Assembly (NCBI RefSeq): GCF_001194135.2
Contig: NC_068982.1
Span: 151,042,082 to 151,085,238, forward strand
Length of the DNA: 43,157 bases
From: Octopus bimaculoides
Lineage: Eukaryota
Reading direction: 5' to 3'
Part shown: one piece after another, positions 1 through 11,206 of the stretch
How positions within the stretch are numbered: the first letter of the stretch is position 1
How the letters are laid out: every line of letters begins with the position of its first letter
Notes under the pieces: generated by a model
Database searches by the model: none
What the model saw: the letters and a program-made list of their open reading frames with translations, nothing else
Told to the model about the DNA's origin: nothing
Position numbers and translations under genes: made by a program

Positions 1-160
1 CCGCCACCATTACCTCTGCCACCACCACCGGCACCGTCGCCGCCACCATTACCTCTGCCACTACTGTCACCACTAACATCACTCTCCACCCCAACAACAA
101 CAACAATACTACAACCACGAACACTAACACCATCCTATTAGCAGCAACAATAACAACACC
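1..160. repeat. Low-complexity (CCA/CAC/CAA)-rich degenerate trinucleotide repeat
   Basis: CCGCCACCATTACCTCTGCCA occurs twice, followed by CAC/CAA runs. Confidence 0.8.
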
Positions 161-364
161 AACGATTTCGGAAATACAGAATACGACGAAAATAGATGGA
201 AGATAAAAAGACAATGGAAATCCCGACGTTATTTTTAGTGAATCGAACATAAATAAGAGATGATTAAAATAAAAAAAGTAAGTTTACAGTTTGTAACAAA
301 ACCAGAACATGCCTTTGAAGGTCTTATTATCGATCTAAACCAATCAGTGTGTACCAGCCATGAT

Positions 365-420
365 ACCAACCAACCAACCAGCCAACCAACCAACAAGCCA
401 ACCAACCAACCAGCCAGCCA
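365..420. repeat. (ACCA)n tetranucleotide microsatellite
   Basis: Direct reading; explains the WLVG-repeat ORF 235..432. Confidence 0.9.
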
Positions 421-795
421 GTCAACAAACAAATAAACAGTAAAAAAATATATAGATAAACAGATAGGTTAACATACGAATAGATATGGTAGTGGGAACA
501 ATAATAGGTGTCTGGAAAATGAGAGGTATACACCAGGAAGTATAGAAAACGTAACGAAATTTCACTCTACCTAAAGGCAGTGCTCCAGATTCGCCTTTGT
601 CACGAAGGATAAAGCAAGCTATAGAACCAGTTTTCAAGACAAAAATTGCAAAGTTTTAGATCACTCATTGATTTTGTTTTCTTGATTTTTTTTCAGCTTA
701 TTTTTCATATTTTCTGTGATTTTGAAGAAAAACAAAACAGTTATTATAATCATGTCTGTCTCCTTGGAACGTCCGAGAGAATTTGGTTTTCTATT

Positions 796-798
<3 letters not shown>

Positions 799-870
<72 letters not shown>

Positions 871-877
871 CATCATG

Positions 878-915
<38 letters not shown>

Positions 916-919
916 AATA
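799..919. repeat. (AAT)n microsatellite, first of a chain of arrays spanning 799-2777
   Basis: Direct reading; further arrays at 1606-1665, 1886-1921, 2043-2112, 2746-2777. Confidence 0.95.
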
Positions 920-992
920 TTTAAAATTTTTGGTTAGAGTTAAAAAATGCTGATTTTATAGTTTCAAAGGGCCTAAAAAAGGCTGATTTCAT

Positions 993-1605
993 AGTTTTGG
1001 CTAAGAAGGAATATATTCACAGACATGACAGAGCTGGGACCTATATACACTGGAAGCTATGCCAACACTATGGAATAACAACAGAAAAAAGATGGTATAA
1101 ACACACGCCAGAAAAGGTCACAGAAAACGAGAAAGCAACCATACTCTGGGATATGCCAATACACACAGATAGAGAAATTAAGGCAAATAGACCAGATATA
1201 GTTGTCAAAGATCATGAAGGAAAAAAATGCTTTCTAATTGATGTATCAATGCCAGCAGATGACAACGTTTCTCTAAAAGAAATGGAAAAACTTTCAAAAT
1301 ACAAAGACCTGGAAATAGAGATAACTCGAATGTGGAATCTAAAAACAGAAACAATTCCTATCATAGTAAGTGCCTTAGGTATAACAAAAATATATTCAGA
1401 CAAATACATAACAAAAACACCAGGACTTACAAATATATATAACATACAGAAATTGCACTACTGGGCACTGCACACATCCTACGCAAAACACTTTCAATAC
1501 AGTAACCATAAGAGCATCACAACAAACCACAGCACATACCCAAGGCACACAGAGCTGCGCTCGGTAGTGAAGTGAAAGCACGTTATAAAAATAAAACTAC
1601 TGAAC
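993..1605 (+). mobile_element. 5'-truncated R4/Dong-like RLE non-LTR retrotransposon, family A, copy 1 (C-terminal RLE domain and 3' UTR)
   Basis: LAKKEYIHRHD...HWKLC...ILWD...NRPDIV...LIDVS...KLSKYKDL...IPIIVSALG matches the RHD / PD-(D/E)xK motifs; a -1 frameshift near 1450 restores IALLGTAHILRKTLSIQ*; 3' end runs directly into (AAT)n at 1606. Confidence 0.9.
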
Positions 1606-1665
<60 letters not shown>

Positions 1666-1666
<1 letters not shown>

Positions 1667-1870
1667 GTTTCAAATTTTGGCACAAGGCCAGCAGTTTCGG
1701 GGGGAAGGGATAAGTTGATTACGTTGACTCTAGTATTCAACTGGTAGTTTTTTTAATCGATCTCCGAAAGGAATGAAAGACAAAGTCGACCCCGGCGGAA
1801 TTTGAACTCAGAACGTAAAGACGGACGAAATGCCGCTAAACATTTTGCCGGGCGTGCTGACGGTTCTGCT
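1666..1870 (-). mobile_element. tRNA-derived SINE family A with (ATT)n tail
   Basis: Minus strand shows B box GAGTTCAAATTCC, body GTCGACTTTG..TTCAT.CCTTTCGG, and 3' end GGCCTTGTGCCAAAATTTGAAACC followed by (ATT)n; more than 15 related copies in the window. Confidence 0.9.
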
Positions 1871-1921
1871 CTAACCTTAACCCTATAATGATAATAATAA
1901 TAATAATAATGATAATAATGA

Positions 1922-2041
1922 TACCTGTGAATTTGCATGTGTAAACTGGGAATGCATACAATGAGTTTCTCTGCCCTAGGTGTACGGAAAACACTCGGCG
2001 AGAAATGGAAGAAAATTTGAAGAAAAGAAAAAAACAACAAC

Positions 2042-2043
<2 letters not shown>
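1922..2043 (+). mobile_element. 3' UTR-only fragment of R4/Dong-like family B inside (AAT)n
   Basis: Near-identical to 2624-2746 (TACCTGTGAATTTGC...GGAAAACACTC...AACAACAACAT); flanked by (AAT)n on both sides. Confidence 0.9.
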
Positions 2044-2099
<56 letters not shown>

Positions 2100-2111
2100 C
2101 AATAATAATAA

Positions 2112-2746
2112 TATTTACACTGGACAATATGTCAGCATTATAAAATCAAAACCGCTGACAAATGGTATAAACACCACCCTGAAGCTGTGACTGAGGGAGA
2201 AAATGTATCGATTCTCTGGGACCTCCCTGTACATACTGACAAGGCTATAAAAGCTAATAAACCGGATATTATTATAAAGGATCAGACAAAGAAGACGTGT
2301 TTATTAATTGACATGAGTATTCCCTCTGATCATAATATAGCGGCGAAAGAATTTGACAAGATCAGTAAATATAAAGATTTGCTAATAGAAATTGAAAAAA
2401 TGTGGCACCTCAAGGCGACTACCATACCAGTGATTGTAGGATCTCTAGGAATGATGAAAAAAGGTACTGAAACCTATTTGAAAATGATACCAGGCTTACC
2501 ATCCCTACAGGAAGTGCAAAAAATCGTGCTAACTGGAACGACTCATGTACTGAGAAGAGCATTATCGCTGTGAAAACAACATCCATTCATGATTTTTTTT
2601 GTTTGTTTCTTAAATACATGTTTTACCTGTGAATTTGCGTGTGTGAACTGGGAATGCATACAACGAGTTTCTCTGCCCTAGGTGTACGGAAAACACTCAG
2701 CGAGAAATGGAAGAAAATTTGAAGAAAGAAGAAAAGAACAACAACA
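2112..2746 (+). mobile_element. 5'-truncated R4/Dong-like RLE retrotransposon, family B
   Basis: In frame from 2112: YLHWTICQHYKIKTADKWYKHHPEAVTEGENVSILWD...NKPDIII...LIDMSIP...KISKYKDL...GTTHVLRRALSL*; (AAT)n directly at both ends. Confidence 0.92.
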
Positions 2747-4491
2747 TAATAATGATAATAATAATAATTATAATAATGCATGATAACTGACATACCATGC
2801 CCCGGTGACAACAAATTCTAGACTTCAAAGAGGTAAAAGATGATTTATATCGCACCCACCAAATATATAAAAAAAAAAACGTTAAAGTTTATAAAATAAG
2901 ATGAATAAGTATGTCGTAAGAAAAGATTAGTTCTGACATTTAGGGAGGGCAATTCTTTGAAACATTAGAACTCTTCTTACCTTACGCATCACTTATAAGA
3001 ATTGCATTAATGAAGTCATTAGCTTTTTGATTAAAACTTTATCCAGCAACAGCTGAAACGACCGATTAAACAAGTTTCTGAACGAATTCCCAGAGTATAA
3101 GACAGTCAGAGCATATGATGTAACAAGTTTGGACTGCCAGGATATGTTGTGTAGCAAGTTATTGGATTGCTAGAACATAGAGAACCACAAATTATCAAAC
3201 TGTTCGGTCGCATGTTGTAGCAAGTTTGTATTGCCAAGAAGTTGTGGTGCGCAAGTCTTGACAACTAGGAACTGTGAAGTTATTTATTAGATTGTTAAGA
3301 AATATGGAACAATATGTATGGATTGTGGTGTAGCAATTCAGCAGTACATGTGCGACAAGTTCAAATTGCTGTGTTCAAGGTGAAGGACACTTCATTTTAT
3401 ATCTCATTTCAAATAATTTTTTGTTTTGTTTAGTCCAGTGATTCTCAACTAAGGATAAAGTTTCTTCGAGATAAAAATTTCAGAAGAATTGGTAAATATC
3501 TCATACCAGACAATGCAATATTATATGATCTATAAAATTTGTTTAAAATATTAAAAAATTAGATGTCCTTTTTCCTGAGAAGCGTGGGTCTCAAACACGT
3601 ATTATGTAACAACAGATGTGGGTATAACAAATGATTGACAAATTGCGATGCTTGCTATATATACTGTTTATTCTAAATTTTTTTTCATGGAATGTAAGAG
3701 AGTAAATTGCGAAATGAGTCAACCTGAGGGATTAAATGACATGAGTTGCGAATCACTGGTTTAGTCAGGGGAGGAAGGGTAACGATCTTAACTTTTGCAG
3801 GGTTCCAATGACTAGTGACAAGAAAGGATGGAAGAATCTACAATCCGTGCATTACTGTGGTAAGAAGAAGCGCATCAAGGTATCGAATTCTCCTCGATCT
3901 GGAGAACTATTAGAGCTCAAATCTTTGCAACAGAGTCAACTTTGTAACAGTCTTTGCAATCTTTGCAACAAAGCCAACTTTGCTAAAGGAATCTAAGAAC
4001 CGGTTGGGAAGATGGTGTATCAGAACTGCTGTAAAACATCACTGCTATAATCTATCCTAAGATAGGTTTGACTTTCAAACTGTTAAGGCTATAGAAAATA
4101 ATATAAAATGTCGACATAATAAGTTGCGGCAGTTTGCAAAATGATAAAGAATATACATAATACAAATAAAACTAAATAATCACCAATAAATTTAATTATA
4201 TCTATTTGAATACACATGTAGGATATAAACTAGCAAGAAAGCCTTTATAAGGTCAGGCGACTTGTTTTGAAATAGCATCAAATTTTTAAAATCACACCAT
4301 ACTGTGCTAAAATAAAAGAACACGTTGGATAATGTAATCTTAAGTTTGCTGTGTCTGATAAAAATTGAGTGTTATTTTATCACATGTATTGAATGTTATT
4401 TTATCACATGTATTAATGGATCAGAGTTGATCTGAGGAGAAACAGTCACAAAAATTAGAAAACTACACGATGCAAGCATGGCTAATTGGTG

Positions 4492-4590
4492 CAAGCATGG
4501 TTGTGTAGTTTAGAAATTTACTTCGCAGCTATGTAGCTCGTGTTCAATCCCATTGCAGAGCTCTTTGGTCAGGTGTCTTCTATCAGAAGC
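4492..4590 (+). mobile_element. Degenerate 5' half of tRNA-derived SINE family B
   Basis: GCATGGTTGTGTAG...GTTCAATCCCATTGC...TTTGGTCAGGTGTCTTCTA aligns to the family B head at 11500-11606. Confidence 0.55.
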
Positions 4591-5462
4591 TCTTAACTCT
4601 ATTTATAAGAATCCATTTTGATGCAAGCATTCATGCCAGGACTACAGTCTCAAGTTAGCTTCTCACTAGTCCCTGCAACTCTGCAAACATTCATGTACAC
4701 TGTCCTTCCTCTGCTGATAATGACATGAAAAAGAATTTAATTTGTAATTTACAGTGAAACATAAACATTACCAATTTGAAGTATAAAGAATATATAGGTA
4801 CCTACTACATTCACTGATATGATAAAGATTCAAAGAACGGATGAATCACCAATACATAAAGAACAATTAAATTCTTCAATAAATATGATATTTCGTTTAA
4901 ATTGACTTGCTGCATTAACAATATTTGTAAGAGAATAAAGTATTAATACTTTCTTCACTGACTTTGAAAGGGTGGAAATAATACAGCAACATTATTTTGT
5001 ATGATTAGAAATACTAATACAAAATAATGTATACATGTAATTTTTAGAGCCATGCTCGTTGAAAAATAAGAGAGAAAGAAACATTATTTTAAAAACATGC
5101 TCGTTTATTGAATTAATACTGCTTGAAAGAATAATTTGTGACAAAAGACAGACATTAACAAACGCATGCATTGACACACTCATACACACAGATTATATTT
5201 TATATCACGTATAAACATACATACAGACATATGCATATGTGTGTAAGTGTGTATGCATATATATATATATATATATATATATANNNNNNNNNNNNNNNNN
5301 NNNNNNNNNNNNNNNNNNNNNNNNNNNNNNNNNNNNNNNNNNNNNNNNNNNNNNNNNNNNNNNNNNNNNNNNNNNNNNNNNNNNNNNNNNNNNNNNNNNN
5401 NNNNNNNNNNNNNNNNNNNNNNNNNATATATAGATCAAAATGAAAGGATTGTTAAGTATATT

Positions 5463-5672
5463 GGTTTCAAATTTTGGCACAACGCCAACAATTTCCGGAG
5501 AGGGGGCAAGTCGATTACATTAACCCCCTACCACTCACACTCAAATGGTACTTATTTTATCGACCCTTCAAAGATGAAAGGCAAAGTCGACCTCAGCGGA
5601 ATTTGAACTAAGAACATAAAGACAGATGAAGTGCCGCGAAGCATTTTGCCTGGTGTACTAACGATTCTGCCG
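5463..5672 (-). mobile_element. SINE family A copy
   Basis: Same consensus as 1666-1870. Confidence 0.9.
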
Positions 5673-5715
5673 ACCAACGCTCTTATTTTAGCTAAAGCTT
5701 AAACAAGGAACCGAG

Positions 5716-5860
5716 TTTCAGTCTACCACGTCCACTCACAACGTTTTGGTCGGCCCGAGGTTATAAGAAGACACTTGCCCACTGTGCCACGCAGTGGAAC
5801 TGAACCTGGAACCATATGGTTGGTAAACGAACTTCTTACAACACAGCCACGCTTGCGCCT
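5716..5860 (-). mobile_element. SINE family B, 5' half (tRNA head plus CORE-like segment)
   Basis: Minus strand GGCGCAAGCGTGGCTGTGTTGTAAG...GGTTCAGTTCCACTGCGTGGCACAGTGGGCAAGTGTCTTC, with A/B-box-like motifs. Confidence 0.85.
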
Positions 5861-6493
5861 GATAGGATTGTTAACTGTATTAAAATTTATTTTACATTGT
5901 GCAAACATTATCTGATATAGAACTCAATAAACTCAGTACGTTGGGTAGAGTGGACTGATATCTACAATGTATTAAAAGAAACAGTGGAGAGACTTCTCCG
6001 AGTTATGCCCAGGGCTGGACGTGTGTAAGCGTGAGGTTGTGTGCGTACACAGAGTCACACATACATATGCACACTCACACATGCTTTCATATGGATGGAT
6101 CTCCGTTGGTTTTGAGGATGAGTACACAATTGTTCGAACAAGTGAAGTACTTGCTCATTGAATGAGCGTGTAAGTAGGTGAGTATTTCAGAGACACGTGT
6201 CTTCAGCCGTAATTCTCACATAGAATCCTTCATGACACACTCTATGAAATGTGTACGTCTGAATTACAGACACAGTCCATCCTACAGGCTTCTCCATAGT
6301 TTTTTACTACCTAATTTCACTAATATATATTTACATACGTATACACATACAAACATACATACATACATACATACATACATACACACACATCTGCATATAT
6401 ATATATAAACCAAGAGAGAAGATGGAGATAAGATTAATAAAAATTTATTAATACATTGATAAGACCTACAATTGTTTCAATTCATCGCTCAAT

Positions 6494-6534
<41 letters not shown>

Positions 6535-7033
6535 NNNNNNNNNNNNNNNNNNNNNNNNNNNNNNNNNNNNNNNNNNNNNNNNNNNNNNNNNNNNNNNNNN
6601 NNNNNNNNNNNNNNNNNNNNNNNNNNNNNNNNNNNNNNNNNNNNNNNNNNNNNNNNNNNNNNNNNNNNNNNNNNNNNNNNNNNNNNNNNNNNNNNNNNNN
6701 NNNNNNNNNNNNNNNNNNNNNNNNNNNNNNNNNNNNNNNNNNNNNNNNNNNNNNNNNNNNNNNNNNNNNNNNNNNNNNNNNNNNNNNNNNNNNNNNNNNN
6801 NNNNNNNNNNNNNNNNNNNNNNNNNNNNNNNNNNNNNNNNNNNNNNNNNNNNNNNNNNNNNNNNNNNNNNNNNNNNNNNNNNNNNNNNNNNNNNNNNNNN
6901 NNNNNNNNNNNNNNNNNNNNNNNNNNNNNNNNNNNNNNNNNNNNNNNNNNNNNNNNNNNNNNNNNNNNNNNNNNNNNNNNNNNNNNNNNNNNNNNNNNNN
7001 NNNNNNNNNNNNNNNNNNNNNNNNNNNNNNNNN

Positions 7034-7067
<34 letters not shown>

Positions 7068-7939
7068 TGTATGTATGTATATATAATCGAAGAAATTGAA
7101 GAAATTGGAGTCAACAAGAAAGAGTATGGTTGGACAGTTATTTTTTAATCACTACAATTGTTTCCACCCAACGTAGTTCTCCAAAAGTACAGTATTGAGT
7201 AGTCGAATACATACACACATCCACACACAGAGAATTACGTATACCCTCCCACATACAAATACACCTATGTATATATGCCTATATGCATACAAATACGCTC
7301 ACACATAGATACTACACATACATTCGCGTACACGCGCATATATACAAACATATATTTAGGCATCCATATATACATATACATACATATACATGCGTATACA
7401 TATGTATACCCATATACATACACCGATCAACATATACACTTATTCAATTATGTATATACCTTCTCTCAAATGTGGGAATATAGACATGCTCACATACATA
7501 CACATCGATAAGTGAGCAAACGTACTCATTTTGACTTGTGCATACACATAGCGAAGCACGTGCGTATATATACACACTCGTATTTGCCAAAATATATGTA
7601 TGTATGTATGTATATATATGCATATATATANNNNNNNNNNNNNNNNNNNNNNNNNNNNNNNNNNNNNNNNNNNNNNNNNNNNNNNNNNNNNNNNNNNNNN
7701 NNNNNNNNNNNNNNNNNNNNNNNNNNNNNNNNNNNNNNNNNNNNNNNNNNNNNNNNNNNNNNNNNNNNNNNNNNNNNNNNNNNNNNNNNNNNNNNNNNNN
7801 NNNNNNNNNNNNNNNNNNNNNNNNNNNNNNNNNNNNNNNNNNNNNNNNNNNNNNNNNNNNNNNNNNNNNNNNNNNNNNNNNNNNNNNNNNNNNNNNNNNN
7901 NNNNNNNNNNNATATATATATATACATGTGTGTGTGTGT

Positions 7940-8123
7940 GTGTGTGTGTTTGTGCCCTCATCACCGCTTGACAACCGGTGTTGGTGTGTTTACGTCCCCG
8001 TAACTCAGTAGTTCGGCAAAGGACACCGATAGAATAAGTACTAGGCTTTAAAAAAATAAGTCCTGGGGTCCATTTCGACTAAAACCCTTCAAGGTGGTAC
8101 TCCAGCAGGCCCACAGTCAAAGG
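7940..8123 (+). mobile_element. SINE family B, 3' half (head probably in the preceding gap)
   Basis: CGCTTGACAACCGGTGTTGGTGTGTTTACGTCCCCGTAACT...AATAAGTCCTGGGGTC matches the reverse complement of 11270-11410. Confidence 0.85.
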
Positions 8124-8129
8124 ACAGCG

Positions 8130-8352
8130 TGGTGGTTGGTGTTAGGAAAGGTATTCAGCTGTAAAAACCATGCCAAAACAGATACAAAACTCTGGTGCAG
8201 GCTCCTGCCTGGCTAGCTCCTGCCTGGCTAGCTCCTGCCTGGCTAGCTCCTGCCTGGCTAGCTCCTGCCTGGCTAGCTCCTGCCTGGCTAGCTCCTGTCA
8301 TACCGTCCAACTTATGCCAGCATGGAAGGCAGACGTTAAACGATGATGATGA
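8130..8352 (+). mobile_element. 3' end of an RTE-type LINE or its partner SINE with (GAT)n tail
   Basis: TGGTGTTAGGAAAGGTATTCAGCTGTAAAAACC...ATGCCAGCATGGAAGGCAGACGTTAAACGATGATGATGAT; short-repeat tail typical of RTE-mobilised elements (family call from recall). Confidence 0.55.
8201..8297. repeat. Perfect 15-bp minisatellite (GCTCCTGCCTGGCTA) x6.5
   Basis: Direct reading; produces the AWLAP / GASQA repeat ORFs. Confidence 0.95.
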
Positions 8353-8623
8353 TGTATGTATGTATGTGCAAGCATCTTTGTGTGCATTTATTATGTTGAT
8401 CAGTACATTAATGTAAATAACTATCATTGCATCTATCTATATACGTTGATGCGTTCTTCAGTGAAGATCGATGAGCGCTCAGTAACAAACTTCAAAATAT
8501 AATCCTAAAAGCTGATAAAAGCTATACCAAATGCACGCTTACACACACATGCAGACAGACACACACATGCGCGCGCGCACACACATGTATATACATGTCT
8601 GTGTACACGTGTACATGCATGCA

Positions 8624-9742
8624 TCTACTACATATGTGGAAAATCGGTGTGTGTTTGTTTGTGGCGTTGTTAGCTAACTCCTTCTACATAGTTTTATTGA
8701 TTTTGATGAAACTTGACACGGGAGTAGAACTCATGTCTGGAAACCTTGTGACATACTTAGATTGTTGAAAAAAAATCAATAATACGACTTTTATATATAC
8801 CTCATATAACTATTTTTTAAACACCCAAGGGAAATTACTCACAGCATCTGTACAATATTTTTTTTAAACACTTAAGGGAAATAACCCATTTCATTGTTTA
8901 TGTTTGATTACTTTGAATTTTGATTTTTTGTGTGTCCTATTTAAAATTTTTGCAGACAATATCACTTTTCTACTTTATTTGAGACGTGAGTAGAACTCAT
9001 GTCTGGAAACCTCATGACATACTTAGATTGTTGTAAAAAAATCGATAATAGGACTCTTCCAATGGATCCTTCTATCTACCAAATATTACTAATATTTTAT
9101 TTAAACAACCCAAGGGAAATAATCCATACCACCTGCAGATTTTAGCGAAGCGATCAATATTTGATTCTCACGATCTGCATTTCACTACTCACAGTTTTGA
9201 ACTGTTAAACATTATTATTGCACTTCCTTAATTTGAATCTTAAACCTTAAAGGCTTCATTCATACATTTTTATACGTACATAATTTTTTGAATGCCCATT
9301 ACTCCGCTAATTTTGCATTTTTACAGTTACACTTTTTCAATGACAGTAGATAAACTTTTTATTCCACAACGTATTTGTAGTGGTTTCATGCAGGCATAGC
9401 GTGGATTCTATCATCGATTGCCAAAATTCACTTAACACTTCAACAGCGCTTTTCTCACGGTAAAACAATAGTTTTTCTGTGAATGACAGCAGTTATACAT
9501 CTCCCAGATGCCTTCGCTAAGCAGAATAATGTCTCTGCCTCTCGCCAACCTCCGACAACCTCTCTCACCAACCTCCAACAATCTCTCCCTCCTCCAGCTG
9601 ACAGTTTATTGTACTTTTTCGTGACGGAAAATACACCTTTTATGACAGTTATAACGAAATTGCTTTCTTATATCAGAGTAATAAGGCGTTTCAATAGAAC
9701 ATCTTTACCCCACCCCCGGGAATTACCGGGTACACCAGCTAG
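8624..9742 (+). mobile_element. Non-autonomous Helitron (about 1.1 kb)
   Basis: 5' A|TCTACTAC at 8623/8624; 3' hairpin CCCGG-GAATTA-CCGGG (9715-9730) 8 nt upstream of CTAG (9739-9742)|T; A-T insertion site, no TSD. Confidence 0.8.
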
Positions 9743-9804
9743 TATATACATATATTAAAAAATCCTACATGTATATATACATATACCGGCACACTTTTTC
9801 ACAT

Positions 9805-9886
9805 ATCTATCTATTTATCTATCTGTCTGTCTGTCTGCCTGCCTGCCTGCCTGCCCGTCTGTCTGTCTGACTGTCTGTCTGCCTGC

Positions 9887-9941
<55 letters not shown>
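9805..9941. repeat. Compound tetranucleotide microsatellite (ATCT/GTCT/GCCT)
   Basis: Direct reading. Confidence 0.9.
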
Positions 9942-9942
<1 letters not shown>

Positions 9943-10674
9943 AAAAGGAAGGACTCCTGTTTATGCTTGTGTAAGTATGTTAGTATGTCTAAGTGTACAT
10001 ATTTATATATGTGCATGTATGAGTGCGCGCGCACAAACGTGTATATCGTTGTAGATAATGTTAAAGAAACACACAGTTCATCACATATTGTAAAATCTAA
10101 ATCAGATAACATGAATGTCACCATGTACATTATTAATTGAAAATGGACAAACAGTTGTACAGAAATGAAACTTAATTTCAACATACACAGAAATCTTAAT
10201 TGAAACATAGAAAATAACAACGAAAAACAATCACAAACATTTTGTGTTATTTAAACAAAATTAATTTGATGTCATAAACTTGGAATAAATTTAATTACAA
10301 CAGAGAAACATACAAAACAAAGCAAAATAAAAATGTAACAATAGGCTGAATATTAACAATTAGTAAGCATGAAATGCCGCCGGAGTTGGACTTAAATTTT
10401 CATTGTTGGATCGGTAAAAATAATTACCAATTAAGTACTACGGAGGATATAAACGACTATGCCTAATCACGCCAAAGAATTGTGGTTGCGTGCCTATGTT
10501 AGAAATCAGTCTGAAATCTCAGAACATATGGTAAACAGCCTAAGGGATATATCTCACTCAAAAGCGGCGGACAGAGTATATGATCAAAAAGGTTGACGGT
10601 GATCCAGACGTTATGGGAATGCGAGTTAGCAGATGGATCGAGCGACTATGACTAAGAAATGTATGTATGTATGT

Positions 10675-11114
10675 GCAGATCTGCATGTTTTATATATGTA
10701 TTCTCATGCATATAGTTGCATATTTGGACATACTCATATATTTAAATGATAAACTTCTGAAAAGTTATACAGATTTTTACAGTTCCAGTAATGGACTGGA
10801 TCTGTAGTCTTCGAATTAGCTTCCTCCTTTCTGGTTTTTAAGAAGTCTAATTTCTCAAGATTGGTATTTAGGCACTGTGTTACTACATATCCTAGGGCCC
10901 CAATAATTACAGGTATAAGCCTGAACTTGTAATCTGGAGAGAGTAACTTCAGATTTCTCAATAGTTCAGCATAGGTGTTCTCTTTTTCACTGATCCTCAG
11001 CTTTATGTTAACATCCGCTGGGCAGCTAATTTCCACAGCTGTGCACAGTTTCTCTTCCCTATCCCCAATCATTATATCAGGTCTGTTGTGCTTACATTTT
11101 ATTGAGGTCTTCAC
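10675..11114 (-). mobile_element. 5'-truncated RLE non-LTR retrotransposon, family C, flanked by (CATA)n
   Basis: VKTSIKCKHNRPDIMIGDREEKLCTAVEISCPADVNI...EKENTYAELLRNL...IPVIIGALGYV; minus strand reads (CATA)n then element then (CATA)n. Confidence 0.85.
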
Positions 11115-11206
11115 TATGTATGTATGTATGTATGTCTGTATGTATGCATGCATGTATGTCTGTATATATTGTGTATGTATGGATTGATAGACAGATGAAT
11201 GTGTGT

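Noticed and set aside
235-924. ORFs with WLVG, poly-N and poly-I tracts
   Set aside because: They are translations of (ACCA)n and (AAT)n microsatellites.
1790-1870. Functional tRNA genes at SINE heads (all families)
   Set aside because: A/B-box-like motifs are present, but I could not build a cloverleaf, and each continues into a SINE body.
3060-3140. LNKFLNEFPE...SLD, resembling a CR1-group LINE C-terminus
   Set aside because: Too short and diverged to call without an alignment.
5171-8011. Long ORFs spanning N runs (also 21327-22424, 31341-31954, 40005-40891)
   Set aside because: They stay open only because N, (TA)n and (CA)n contain no stop codons in those frames.
8201-8297. CRISPR-like regular repeats (also 24530-24586)
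   Set aside because: These are contiguous tandem units with no spacers, in a eukaryotic context with no cas genes.
8155-8427. Repeat-protein-like ORFs (AWLAP)n and (GASQA)n
   Set aside because: They result from the 15-bp minisatellite inside a retroposon tail.
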